Shown: piece by piece, positions 23,913-33,920 of the stretch
Numbering within the stretch: position 1 is the first letter of the stretch
How the letters are laid out: every line of letters begins with the position of its first letter
Source: Paramuribaculum sp.
Lineage (GTDB): Bacteria; Bacteroidota; Bacteroidia; Bacteroidales; Muribaculaceae
Assembly (NCBI GenBank): GCA_009775605.1
Contig: VSPV01000001.1
Span: forward strand, 1-44,071
Reading direction: 5' to 3'
DNA: 44,071 nt
Notes under the pieces: generated by a model
Database searches by the model: none
Told to the model about the DNA's origin: nothing
Seen by the model: only the letters and a program-made list of their open reading frames with translations
Program-made: the position numbers and the translations under genes

Positions 23913-26879
23913 TTATCGGAATGAGAGGCGCACGCTTCCTTTCACTCTGTCGCCGGGCTTGAGCTCGCGGTAGTCCTTTACGGCATGCGGCACGAGGAAG
24001 CCTTCGTGTCCGCCGTTGGTGTAATCGGCCACAAGGAAGCGCGTGAATTCGCCGTCAACCCACGGGCGGAGATGCTGCGATCCGTCGCTTTCCACGGTGA
24101 TTACGGCCGAGGCGTCGGCATTGGTGAGCCGCGCGCGCCGTATATTGCGCTTGGTGGCGCGGAACGCATTTGATCCGGCCTCTGTGCGGTCGAGATTCCA
24201 CGCCCATGTGGGGCGCTCGGAGGGGCCGGCGATGCCGCAGGGTGGAATTGTGTCCGTCGCGGCCGTCGCGGTGCCTTCGGTGGCGCCGATATGATTTTCA
24301 GGGTAGGTGTTCCAGTGGCCGTCGCGTATCCAGCTCACGGTGTTGATGTCGGCGGAGGTGGAGAACACCAATCCCGTCTGGCGCGGGGCTATGGAGTCGT
24401 GTACGGTGAAGTCATAGTCAATCGTCAGAGCGCCGTCGGGGGTGAAACGGTAGGTATAGGTGCCGTCGGCCTGACTGTAGGCGCCGGCCACGGTCACTAT
24501 TACCTCGTCCTTGTTCTGTTCGGCTTTTATCGAAGCAAGTTCCCAGCCGTCGCACACGGGATTGTACGGCAGGATATGGTTCTGCTCGTCGCCCGTCATT
24601 TTCAGGCCGCCCCCTTCGCCGTTGAGCGGAAGAATCATAAGTGTGGGGCCGCCCCCGAGCAATAGATGGTTGCCGGTGGAAGCCGTGATGCTTCCGGTGG
24701 CGTTGTCGATGGAGAAGGAACGGTCACCTGACTTTATGGCTACCGGCTCGGAAGGAAGGGTCTTTTTCAGGCTCGGTTTTTCGCGGCGTTTCTTTCCCGA
24801 GGCGAGAGCAGGGTACTGGTTGTTGCGGAAGCGGTAGCGGTCTACCTCGAAACCGCGCGACCCTATCACGCTCAGTTCTATTTCTCTGGCGTTGCGTGCT
24901 TCGGCTGGCAGCTCTATCTCTATGTCGCCCTCGGAGCGCGGGGGGAGAGGACGCGTCGCTTCCCCGCACACTTTGTCTACCTCCCAGCGGAGCGTGCATT
25001 CCGAGAGGTCGGTGAACAGGTGGCGGTTCTCCACGTGCAGCCGCAGGGTGCGCCCGTCAAATCCGTTTTCGCGCAGCCATATTTTCACGGGGCTGTAGGC
25101 TTTCTTCATGCCCCAGTATTCGGGCTTCTCGCGCCGCCACCCGTCCACGGTGCCCCAGGTACCGTAGCCCACCGGGCGTCCGTCGGGAAGGAAAAATGTG
25201 TCGTCGATTCCCGACCACACGGCACCCCCGGCCACTCCCGTGCTGTGATACATGTTGGTCCACATCCGGTCGAGCAGTTCGCCCCACACGTCGCGCAGAC
25301 CCGGGTCGGTGGCCAGCTCGAGGCGGTTGTAGGCGTTGATATGGCAGTATTCGTCGAACACCACGGGCCGCTGATAGTTGCGGTATTCCTCCGGGCCCGA
25401 GGGGCCGGGATAATGGTGGTTGGCTATCTCGAGTTCGCCTTTGTCGGCGTCAGGGCCCCACTGGCTGAACACGCGGGGACGCGATGGGTCAATTTCTGCT
25501 ATGGCTTCGCCTGCCTGCCGGAAGTCCTCATAGTTCACCGATTCGTTGCCGAGCGACCACATTATCACCGAGGGATGCGAGCGGAAGGCATTGACTGTCT
25601 CCAGATGCTGGCGCAGATAGAGGTCGTTCTTTATGGTGGGGTCGGGATTGCTCTGGTGGGCCCAGCAGAAGGGCGCTTCCACCTCCACAAACATTCCCAG
25701 CTCGTCGGCGGCGTCGAGCAGCGATTCGTCCGGCGGATAATGCGATGTTCGTATGTAGTTCACGTTGGCACGGCGGAACAGCTCCACGTCCTTGCGCCCC
25801 GCGTCGGGGTAGGGGGAGCGGCCGCGGTCGGGCGAAACCTCGTGACGGTTGACGCCGCGCAGCTTCACGGGCACTCCGTTTATCAGCAGCTGGTTGCCTT
25901 TTACCTCAATCTCGCGGAAGCCCACGCGGCGCGTAGCCGAGGTGAGTATGCGGCCGTCGCGCGCAAGCTCGCAGGTGAGGGTGTAGAGGCGCGGGTGTTC
26001 CGGGTCCCATTTCTTAGGGTCGGGAATGTCGAAAACGGTCTCGAGCGTGCGCTGGTCGTCGCGCGCCACGCCTCCCAGGTCTATGGTGGAATTCGGCAGC
26101 TCCACTTCGTTTCCGTTGGAATCGCGCAGAATAAAGTGCAGGCTCAGTCCGTCGGTCCAGCGTGTGGTCTCGTTGGCTACCGTCACCTCGGCGCGGAGGC
26201 GCCCTTCGGTGTAGGCCGAGTCGGTAAACGAGGTAGAGGTATGGAACATGGCTATGTTCACCGGCGGGAGCGCCAGCAGGCTGATGTCGCGGGGAATTCC
26301 GCCTAAAGTATGCGATGCGTAGACAGATGCTGACGATACGGAATCGGCCGCGGTCTCCGACTGTATGCGCATGGCGATGGTGTTGGTGGTACCGAAAGTG
26401 ATATGTTCCGTGATGTCTGTCTCAAATGGGGTGAATCCGCCCGTGTGGGTTCCTGCGGGATTGCCGTTGACTATCAGTTCGGCGCCGCTGTACACTCCGT
26501 TGCAGCGCAGCTTCACGCGTCGTCCGCTCCACGAGGGCGGAATCTGTATGCGGCGCACATATCCGGCTTTGTCGCCCGGTTTAACTTCCATTCCCTGCAT
26601 CACCCATTCGCCGGGAACCTGCAGTGTGCTCCAGTCCTTGGTGTTCTCAAGCCCGGTGAATGTGGAATCAGCTGCCGGTGTCACCCACCATGTGCCGTTG
26701 AGCGACAGTCGCGCTCCCCGCATATTGTCGGGCATGGGCGAGAGCCTCGGCGGCCAGAATTTCTGCGCGCGCGCCGACCGTATGGTGGTGGTGGGAGGAG
26801 GAGCGGCCCCGAAGGCCGTTCCGGCGACAAGAAAAAGTAGAGTATATATGAGCAGAGTGTGTATATTGCGCGGAATCAT
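23913..26879 (-). CDS. Glycoside hydrolase family 2 (beta-galactosidase-like), secreted
   Basis: Signal peptide, SLNGTW, GFTPFE, LRGVNRHE, IRTSHYP, WSLGNE (acid/base), FDEYCH (nucleophile). Confidence 0.93.
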   Translation of the reverse strand: MIPRNIHTLLIYTLLFLVAGTAFGAAPPPTTTIRSARAQKFWPPRLSPMPDNMRGARLSLNGTWWVTPAADSTFTGLENTKDWSTLQVPGEWVMQGMEVKPGDKAGYVRRIQIPPSWSGRRVKLRCNGVYSGAELIVNGNPAGTHTGGFTPFETDITEHITFGTTNTIAMRIQSETAADSVSSASVYASHTLGGIPRDISLLALPPVNIAMFHTSTSFTDSAYTEGRLRAEVTVANETTRWTDGLSLHFILRDSNGNEVELPNSTIDLGGVARDDQRTLETVFDIPDPKKWDPEHPRLYTLTCELARDGRILTSATRRVGFREIEVKGNQLLINGVPVKLRGVNRHEVSPDRGRSPYPDAGRKDVELFRRANVNYIRTSHYPPDESLLDAADELGMFVEVEAPFCWAHQSNPDPTIKNDLYLRQHLETVNAFRSHPSVIMWSLGNESVNYEDFRQAGEAIAEIDPSRPRVFSQWGPDADKGELEIANHHYPGPSGPEEYRNYQRPVVFDEYCHINAYNRLELATDPGLRDVWGELLDRMWTNMYHSTGVAGGAVWSGIDDTFFLPDGRPVGYGTWGTVDGWRREKPEYWGMKKAYSPVKIWLRENGFDGRTLRLHVENRHLFTDLSECTLRWEVDKVCGEATRPLPPRSEGDIEIELPAEARNAREIELSVIGSRGFEVDRYRFRNNQYPALASGKKRREKPSLKKTLPSEPVAIKSGDRSFSIDNATGSITASTGNHLLLGGGPTLMILPLNGEGGGLKMTGDEQNHILPYNPVCDGWELASIKAEQNKDEVIVTVAGAYSQADGTYTYRFTPDGALTIDYDFTVHDSIAPRQTGLVFSTSADINTVSWIRDGHWNTYPENHIGATEGTATAATDTIPPCGIAGPSERPTWAWNLDRTEAGSNAFRATKRNIRRARLTNADASAVITVESDGSQHLRPWVDGEFTRFLVADYTNGGHEGFLVPHAVKDYRELKPGDRVKGSVRLSFR

Positions 26880-26972
26880 ATTACAAATTTAGATAAAATT
26901 CAGGAAAACCTCCAAACCTGACTTTGTAACGGATTTTATTGCGATTTGTTTTCACGATTGGCGGCGGTGGCT

Positions 26973-26980
26973 TAACTTTG
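26973..26980 (+). promoter_or_regulatory. Bacteroidetes -7 promoter element for the BamA/TamA-family gene
   Basis: TAACTTTG about 60 nt upstream of ATG 27041. Confidence 0.6.
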
Positions 26981-27040
26981 CACTCGCGCACCGGCCCCCG
27001 GAGCTTTCTTTTCATCTCCGCCGGGCTGTCGGTCTTACTC

Positions 27041-29446
27041 ATGATACGCAGGAACCTCAGTCATTTAAGCCCTTTACATCTGCTTGCCGCGTCAGTGGCG
27101 GCCCTCGCGCTGTGGGCCTGCAGTTCCACCAAGCATGTTCCCGACGGAAGTCTGCTGCTTGACAAGGTGACGATTACAGTCGACGATTCGACCGGCGTTG
27201 ACCGCGAGAATCTGGTGAATTATCTCCGCCAGACCCCAAATCACAAGGTGCTGGGCTTCTTCAAGCTGCAGCTTGCCACCTACAGCCTTTCGGGACGAGA
27301 CTCCACGCGGTGGTACAACCGCTGGCTGCGTCATCTCGGGCAGCCCCCGGTAATCTACAGCGATGCCATGACGGAGGCCTCGCGCCGCCAGTTGCGCCAG
27401 GCCATGATCAACGCCGGCTATATGGGCGCGCAGGTGGAGGTTGACACCGTGGCGCGGCGCGACAAGAAGAAAATGGCGGTGACTTACCGTGTGGTGCCCG
27501 GCGCGCGTCATCGCATACGCAATTTCGAGATTGAGCTGGAGGACTCCGCCCTTGCCGCCGTGATAAATCCCGACTCACTGGAGGCTACGCTGGCCGGAGG
27601 AACGCCTTTCGACCGCGACGCGCTCGACGCTTTCCGCGCCGGAGTGGCGCGGCGCCTGCGCGAGAACGGCTACTACGGTTTTGCCAAGGAATACATCACT
27701 TTCATAGCCGATACGGCCGAAAATTCGCTCGATGTCGACCTGATAATGTCGGTGACGCCCCCCCGCACCCTCCGCCGCGAGCCGGCCGCGCCAGCAGCCC
27801 CCGGCGACACGGCTTCGGCCGCCGCTGATTCGCTTCAGCACTGCCGCTACCGCATAGACCGCGTGATGTTCGTGACCGATGGCGCCATAAATGCCGCTGA
27901 TGCCGCGCGCCGCCTCCCGCAGGCCGATACCGATACAGTAGACTATCGCGGCATAGAGGTGGTTTACGGCTCGCCCGACCATTACATTGTGCCGTCGGTG
28001 CTCGAGGAGAAGTGTTTCATACGTCCGGGCCAGCTCTACAGCTCCACGGACGTAGACCGCACATACGAGTCGCTCTCGCGCCTCGGAATTATCCGCACTA
28101 TCAACATAGAGATGGTGCCCACCGGGCGCGAGGAGGACGGAATGCCGGGACTTGACGCCTACATATTCCTGTCGCGTAATAAGAAACAGAGCGTGACCCT
28201 CGACCTCGAGGGCACTAACTCCGAGGGCGACCTCGGCTTCGGAGTCGGGCTGGCCTACCGCCACCGCAATATGGCCCACCGCAGCAATCTGCTCACCACG
28301 AAATTCCGCATGAACTACGAGAGCCTCTCGGGCAATCTCAACGGCCTGATAAACGACCGTTACACCGAGTATGCCTCCGAGGTTGGATTCACCTTCCCAA
28401 AATTCATGTTCCCGTTCCTCTCGCAGGATTTCAAGCGCCGCATCAATGCCTCTACCGAGGTGGCGGCCTCGTTCAACTATCAGGAACGCCCCGAGTACAC
28501 CCGAATAATCGCCGGCGCGGCGTGGAAATACAAGTGGGCGTCGCCTGGCAATCTCATCCGTCGAAATCTCGACCTGCTTGACATCAATTATGTGTATCTC
28601 CCCGAGTCGACCATCGATTTCATCAATCAGATAGCCCCCTCGAACCCGCTGCTGCGCTACAGCTACGAGGACCACTTCATAATGCGCATAGGCTACACGT
28701 ATTACCGCACCAACAAGCAGATAGCCACCGCCCAGCCGGGTCGCCGTGTGATGCAGCCCGCGGTCTATTCGCTGCGCGCGTCGGCCGAGACCGGCGGCAA
28801 CTTGCTCTATGCCATCTCCTCGCTGTCGGGCCAGAAACGCCACGACGGCGTCTACACGCTCTTCGGCATCCAGTATTCGCAATACGCAAAAACGGAATTC
28901 GATTATGCTTTCACCCGCAATTTTACCCAGCGCCACGCTCTGGCGCTCCACCTGGGCCTTGGTCTGGGGGTGCCCTACGGCAATTCGCGCGTGCTCCCCT
29001 TCGAGAAGCGTTTCTATGCCGGCGGTGCAAACGGTGTGAGAGGATGGGGCGTGCGCACGCTCGGCCCCGGCTCGTTTGACTCGCGCAATTCCGTCACCGA
29101 CTTTATCAACCAGTGCGGCGACATCCGCCTGGATCTCTCGGCCGAGTACCGCGCCAAGCTTTTCTGGGTGTTCGAGGGCGCGCTGTTTGTTGATGCCGGC
29201 AATATCTGGACCATCCATAATTACGAGAACCAGCCCGGCGGAATGTTCCATTTCGATACGTTCTGGAAACAGATTGCGCTGGCCTATGGCGTGGGTCTGC
29301 GCATGGACTTCACCTATTTCCTATTGCGCTTCGACCTTGGCATGAAGGCCCACAATCCCGCCGCCAATCAGGAACGATGGCCCATTATCCATCCCCGCTG
29401 GGGACGCGACGCCACATTCCATTTCTCGGTGGGATATCCTTTCTGA
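27041..29446 (+). CDS. Omp85 BamA/TamA-family (TamL-like) outer membrane lipoprotein
   Basis: Lipobox LWAC, POTRA-like region, FYAGGANGVRGW, FVDAGNIW, C-terminal HFSVGYPF. Confidence 0.92.
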   Translation: MIRRNLSHLSPLHLLAASVAALALWACSSTKHVPDGSLLLDKVTITVDDSTGVDRENLVNYLRQTPNHKVLGFFKLQLATYSLSGRDSTRWYNRWLRHLGQPPVIYSDAMTEASRRQLRQAMINAGYMGAQVEVDTVARRDKKKMAVTYRVVPGARHRIRNFEIELEDSALAAVINPDSLEATLAGGTPFDRDALDAFRAGVARRLRENGYYGFAKEYITFIADTAENSLDVDLIMSVTPPRTLRREPAAPAAPGDTASAAADSLQHCRYRIDRVMFVTDGAINAADAARRLPQADTDTVDYRGIEVVYGSPDHYIVPSVLEEKCFIRPGQLYSSTDVDRTYESLSRLGIIRTINIEMVPTGREEDGMPGLDAYIFLSRNKKQSVTLDLEGTNSEGDLGFGVGLAYRHRNMAHRSNLLTTKFRMNYESLSGNLNGLINDRYTEYASEVGFTFPKFMFPFLSQDFKRRINASTEVAASFNYQERPEYTRIIAGAAWKYKWASPGNLIRRNLDLLDINYVYLPESTIDFINQIAPSNPLLRYSYEDHFIMRIGYTYYRTNKQIATAQPGRRVMQPAVYSLRASAETGGNLLYAISSLSGQKRHDGVYTLFGIQYSQYAKTEFDYAFTRNFTQRHALALHLGLGLGVPYGNSRVLPFEKRFYAGGANGVRGWGVRTLGPGSFDSRNSVTDFINQCGDIRLDLSAEYRAKLFWVFEGALFVDAGNIWTIHNYENQPGGMFHFDTFWKQIALAYGVGLRMDFTYFLLRFDLGMKAHNPAANQERWPIIHPRWGRDATFHFSVGYPF

Positions 29447-29496
29447 AAGCACTTTCCGCTCTCTCCGGTTGTTTATATTTAGAAATTATTCAGACT

Positions 29497-30150
29497 ATGC
29501 TCGCAATATTCGATCTCGACGGCACTCTGCTAAACACTATCGCCGACCTGGCCACGGCCACCAATTATGCCCTGCGCACCGCAGGTTTCCCCACGCACGC
29601 ACCGGAATCCTATCCCTTTATGGTGGGCAACGGCGTGACGCGCCTTCTTGAGCGCGCGCTCCCCGAGGCCGAACGCACGCCGGAGAATGTGGAGCTGCTC
29701 CGCACCCATTTCAAGGAATATTACGGCACGCATCTGGCCGACAATACGGTGCCTTATCCCGGCATCCCCGAACTTCTGGCGCAGCTGCGCGCCCGCGGGG
29801 TGAATGTGGCCGTTGCCTCCAATAAATATCAGGCTGCCGTCGACCGTCTGATACGCGATTTCTTCCCCACAGTGGAATGGGCGGCCATCGAAGGGCAGAA
29901 GGAAGGCGTGCCGGTGAAGCCCGACCCCTCCATTGTGTTTGAGATTCTTGGAAAATGCCCCACGCCAAAAGACGATGTGATTTACATCGGCGACTCGGGC
30001 GTGGACATGGAGACCGCCTACCGTGCCGGAGTGACTTCCATCGGCGTCACCTGGGGATTCCGCCCCGAATCCGAGCTCCGGGAGCATTACGCCAACCACA
30101 TAGTCAGCACCCCCGCCGAAATCCTCCCGCTCCTCCCGCGCCGCAACTGA
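29497..30150 (+). CDS. HAD-family hydrolase (phosphoglycolate phosphatase-like)
   Basis: FDLDGTL, VASNK, KPDP, YIGDSGVD, GVTWGFR. Confidence 0.92.
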   Translation: MLAIFDLDGTLLNTIADLATATNYALRTAGFPTHAPESYPFMVGNGVTRLLERALPEAERTPENVELLRTHFKEYYGTHLADNTVPYPGIPELLAQLRARGVNVAVASNKYQAAVDRLIRDFFPTVEWAAIEGQKEGVPVKPDPSIVFEILGKCPTPKDDVIYIGDSGVDMETAYRAGVTSIGVTWGFRPESELREHYANHIVSTPAEILPLLPRRN

Positions 30151-30250
30151 GTGCCGCCTGGGGGGTGCTTGTGATGTGTAACGCGGAATGGTTCTGTGTT
30201 GCGCACACCGCATCGGAAACCCCAGGATGTCGCTGAGAGGGAGTATTCGG

Positions 30251-31306
30251 TCATATTCCGAAAAGGAAGGGGAGGGGAGCGGAGTCGCGCATCTTGTCCA
30301 CGGCGTCGCCGGCATAAATTTCGCCGTTGGTAAGGGTGAGCTTCTTCACTTTGTTGCCGACGCTGAAATCAAGATTCCTGAACTCGATCCAGAATATATC
30401 GGGACTAAGCGTGGATTCGAAATAATACACGCGGTGTTTCTGGTCGGCCACGGTGCGCCACCGTGTGGAGGCTATATTGAGCTGGGAGGGTACCGAGATT
30501 CCGAGCGGCACGGAAACATTGCGCATCACGCTGAACACTCCCGCCACTGCCTCACGGTAATCCGATGTCTGTGGGAGGGCATTGATGTAGAACGACGCAC
30601 GCACAAAGCGGTCGGACGCGCGGTTGGTTCCCGGCAGCATTATCAGGCCCCCTATCTGGTTCCAGTAGTCATCGAGTGTCTGCTGCTTGTCGTAGGAAGG
30701 TGAATTGGTCATTACCTGGCAGTCCCTGCCATGGTGAATCACGAGGTTACCGTCGATATATTCGAATATCGCGCTGTTTCCCGTGGGGTCGGATATGGAA
30801 AGGTGCAAGGTCGATTTCGCGCCGTTGGGAAGGTCGGGGTCGTCGATGCGGAACAGTTGCTTGCCCAGCTCCTCAACGGCCTCATCAACGGGGGCGAAAT
30901 TGTCGAGCACATACTGCGTCCAGATGCTCAGACCCATCACGGGGCGTTTGTCGTTAGGCCGGTGATAGTCCGATTCCGCCAGAAACAGCAGGTTGGCCAC
31001 CATCCCTTTCTCGTTCATCCCGTCGCACACTCCGATATCATATCCGGCCGTCACCACGCTGCCGTAGCGCGAGGTCCATTTCACGCTGTTGTCCGTGATT
31101 CCTCCCCGGCGTTCGATTCCCCGGGGAAAGAAATAGATGTTGGACTGCGGATCCTCTTTCCAGTCCATTGTGCGCCCTGTCACAATCATGCTGTCAGGCC
31201 CAAGATAAACAGCGCGTGTACACGCTTCACTTTCCATCGTGCCGCCGGCGAGGGCCGCGATTACCGATGCCATGGTCATGGCTCTGCAAAATTCCGGTGT
31301 TTTCAT
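30251..31306 (-). CDS. Choloylglycine hydrolase family Ntn hydrolase (bile salt hydrolase / penicillin V acylase-like), secreted
   Basis: Signal peptide ending SEA followed by catalytic CTR; GRTMDW, DGMNEKG, MTNSP, LPGTNRASDRFVRA. Confidence 0.92.
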   Translation of the reverse strand: MKTPEFCRAMTMASVIAALAGGTMESEACTRAVYLGPDSMIVTGRTMDWKEDPQSNIYFFPRGIERRGGITDNSVKWTSRYGSVVTAGYDIGVCDGMNEKGMVANLLFLAESDYHRPNDKRPVMGLSIWTQYVLDNFAPVDEAVEELGKQLFRIDDPDLPNGAKSTLHLSISDPTGNSAIFEYIDGNLVIHHGRDCQVMTNSPSYDKQQTLDDYWNQIGGLIMLPGTNRASDRFVRASFYINALPQTSDYREAVAGVFSVMRNVSVPLGISVPSQLNIASTRWRTVADQKHRVYYFESTLSPDIFWIEFRNLDFSVGNKVKKLTLTNGEIYAGDAVDKMRDSAPLPFLFGI

Positions 31307-31544
31307 CTCTCGTAAAAATTTAGGACTTGAAATAAAAGTTTATTGAATTGTCCGCACCTGTTTGCGGAAGATAAAAATCATTCCTGACACCCAATCCAAC
31401 GCTATTGCCATAAAATTGTTAGCTCCCTAAAAGAGATGCGACGGAGGTTTCAGGACGCCCGGCGTGAAATCCGTGGTTTTCATATGGTTCAGACGTTAAC
31501 GAAATTTAACACGGAGGGGGGTAATTTTTTTAATCTATTATAAA

Positions 31545-31552
31545 TATCTTTG
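31545..31552 (+). promoter_or_regulatory. Bacteroidetes -7 promoter element for the pilus operon
   Basis: TATCTTTG in an AT-rich stretch about 300 nt upstream of the DUF3575 ATG. Confidence 0.6.
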
Positions 31553-31854
31553 TGCCGTTATGGATAGTAGCCCGAAGAAGTCGGGCATTTGATTTACGAA
31601 CCTCAGGCCAGATAGCTGCCTCCCCGGCGCCATGCCGGAATGCACCCCGACATAGGCCCGCAACGGGAGATTACACTATTTGACAAAAGGACAACCGGTT
31701 CAACGCCATCCCTTTACAACGTCAGGGGACAGGCGCGGACAGACACATGTACGCCCAACCGTCAAGGCTTCACGGCCTCTGCGGACAGACCTCGCAATGC
31801 TATGATTCCATACAGACAGAACCGCTGTATAACAAAAAAACATACAACACGACA

Positions 31855-32442
31855 ATGAAACTATCTATCAGCCTGATCCTTGCCGCCGCGGCCCTCTTCC
31901 TTGCCCCGACGGCTAAGGCAGAGCAGTTCGGGCTTAAGACCAACCTGCTCTACGACGCCACGGCAACAGTCAACCTCGGTGCCGAGATGCGCGTGGCTCC
32001 CCGCTGGTCAATTGACCTCTCCGGCAACCTCAACGCCTGGAGCATCAACAATCACAAATGGAAACACTGGCTCGTGCAGCCCGAGGCCCGCTACTGGTTC
32101 TGCGACGCCACCGCCGGACATTTCGTTGGCGCCCACCTGCTCGGCGGCCAGTATAATATCGGCAACGTGAACCTCGGCAGCCTCAATTTTCTCGGAACCG
32201 ACCTGAGCAACCTCAAGGATTACCGCTACCAGGGATGGTTTGTAGGCGCCGGCGTGGCCTACGGCTATACCTGGATTCTCGGCCGCCACTGGAACCTCGA
32301 GGCAGAGCTGGGCGTGGGATGGATCTACACCCGCTTCGACAAATATCCCTGCGCCGAATGCGGCACAAAGGCATATTCGCGCCGTCCCCACAATTATGTG
32401 GGCCCCACGAAGCTTGCCCTGAATCTCGTTTACATCTTCTAA
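31855..32442 (+). CDS. DUF3575-family outer membrane beta-barrel protein
   Basis: Signal peptide, LKTNLLYDA, QPEARYW, RYQGWFVGAG, WNLEAELGVG, YVGPTKLALNLVYIF. Confidence 0.9.
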   Translation: MKLSISLILAAAALFLAPTAKAEQFGLKTNLLYDATATVNLGAEMRVAPRWSIDLSGNLNAWSINNHKWKHWLVQPEARYWFCDATAGHFVGAHLLGGQYNIGNVNLGSLNFLGTDLSNLKDYRYQGWFVGAGVAYGYTWILGRHWNLEAELGVGWIYTRFDKYPCAECGTKAYSRRPHNYVGPTKLALNLVYIF

Positions 32443-32463
32443 CGTCAAGCCCCTTCTGCAATA

Positions 32464-33897
32464 ATGAAAAGAAACATCATATCAGCATGCCTGGCCGCTC
32501 TGCTGTGCGCATCGGCGGCATCGGCCGCCATCGCCGACCAGGCACGCGTCAGCAATCTGAAAGTAGACCGCTCGACCGACCGTCTGCTCGTCGACATGAC
32601 AATTGACGCCGACGATCTCGGACGCAAGACCAACCGCGAGTCGTGGCTCACCCCCGTGCTCACCACTCCCCAGGGTGATACCCTGCGCCTTCCCTCCATA
32701 ATGGTTGGCGGCCGCAACCGCTATTTCCAGGCACAGCGCCGCCACGAGACCGCGCCCCTCTACCGCGGAGGCCGGATAGACTACAAGGCCAACGTGCCCT
32801 ACGCCTCCTGGATGGAGAGCGCCGACCTAAGCCTCGAGCGCCGCGACGCCGGATGCTGCGGTGCCGAGCAGCTGCTCACTACGGTGCCCCTGCGTCAGCT
32901 CGACTTCCGTCCGCGCGTGTTCACGCCTAATTTTAACTATATTGCCCCCGCCGCCGAGGCCGTCAAGGCCCGCGAGCTCTCGGGACGCGCGTTCGTCGAC
33001 TTCCCCGTGAACAAGACAGTAATCTACCCCGACTACCGCTCCAACACCCGCGAGCTTGCCAAGATACGCGCCGGCATCGACTCCGTGCGCCAGGACAAGG
33101 ACATCACCGTGCGTGGCATCACCCTCAAGGGCTATGCCTCGCCGGAAGGCCCGTGGAACAACAACGTGCGCCTGGCAAAGGGCCGCACCGAGTCGCTCAA
33201 GAAATACGTGGAAGGTCTCTACGATTTCGCCTCGTCCATCTACTCAACCGCCTACGAGCCTGAGGACTGGGAAGGTCTCGTGGCATGGCTCCGCGCCAAC
33301 TCCATCGCCGACCGCGAAGGTCTGCTCGCCATCGCCACCGACACCTCTCTGGCTCCCGACGCGCGCGACGCGCGCCTCAAGTCGCAGTATCCCGCGGCCT
33401 ACGCCCGTCTGCTCCGTGAGGTTTACCCGGCACTGCGCCACACTGACTACACCATTGCCTACACCATCCGCTCCTACAACGACCCCCAGGAGATTCTCAA
33501 GCTGGTCTACAGCAAGCCCCAGAACCTGAGCCTCAACGAGTTCTTTGTGGCCGCGCAGAATGTGGAGCGTGGTTCGAAGGAGTATGACTACATATTCGAG
33601 ACCGCCGCGCGCATGTATCCCGACAGCGAGATCGCCAACCTCAACGCGGCCAATGCCGCCATGGCCCAGGGTGCCTACGAAAACGCCGCACGCTACCTCG
33701 CCAAGGCCGGTGAAGGCTCCGAGGCCGTCTATGCCCGCGGCATACTCGCCGCCCTGCAGGGCGACTACGCCGCAGCCCGTCCGCTCTTCGAGCAGGCCGC
33801 GCGCCTGAGAGTGGCCGACGCTCCCGCAGCCATCTCCCAGATCGAAGAAATCGAGGCGTTCAACGCCGGTCTCTCCACCTCATCCGAAAACAAATAA
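32464..33897 (+). CDS. DUF3868 / OmpA-like domain protein with C-terminal TPR
   Basis: Signal peptide, FVDFPVNK, ITLKGYASPEG...NVRLAKGR (OmpA-C-like), EDWEGL, YPALR, TPR-like tail. Confidence 0.85.
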   Translation: MKRNIISACLAALLCASAASAAIADQARVSNLKVDRSTDRLLVDMTIDADDLGRKTNRESWLTPVLTTPQGDTLRLPSIMVGGRNRYFQAQRRHETAPLYRGGRIDYKANVPYASWMESADLSLERRDAGCCGAEQLLTTVPLRQLDFRPRVFTPNFNYIAPAAEAVKARELSGRAFVDFPVNKTVIYPDYRSNTRELAKIRAGIDSVRQDKDITVRGITLKGYASPEGPWNNNVRLAKGRTESLKKYVEGLYDFASSIYSTAYEPEDWEGLVAWLRANSIADREGLLAIATDTSLAPDARDARLKSQYPAAYARLLREVYPALRHTDYTIAYTIRSYNDPQEILKLVYSKPQNLSLNEFFVAAQNVERGSKEYDYIFETAARMYPDSEIANLNAANAAMAQGAYENAARYLAKAGEGSEAVYARGILAALQGDYAAARPLFEQAARLRVADAPAAISQIEEIEAFNAGLSTSSENK

Positions 33898-33920
33898 ATC
33901 AATCACGACACATAACAGAA

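Noticed and set aside
31400..31860. Invertible (phase-variable) promoter for the pilus operon
   Set aside because: No convincing inverted repeat pair flanking the -7 element was found by eye and there is no recombinase nearby; a formal inverted-repeat search would be needed to exclude it.
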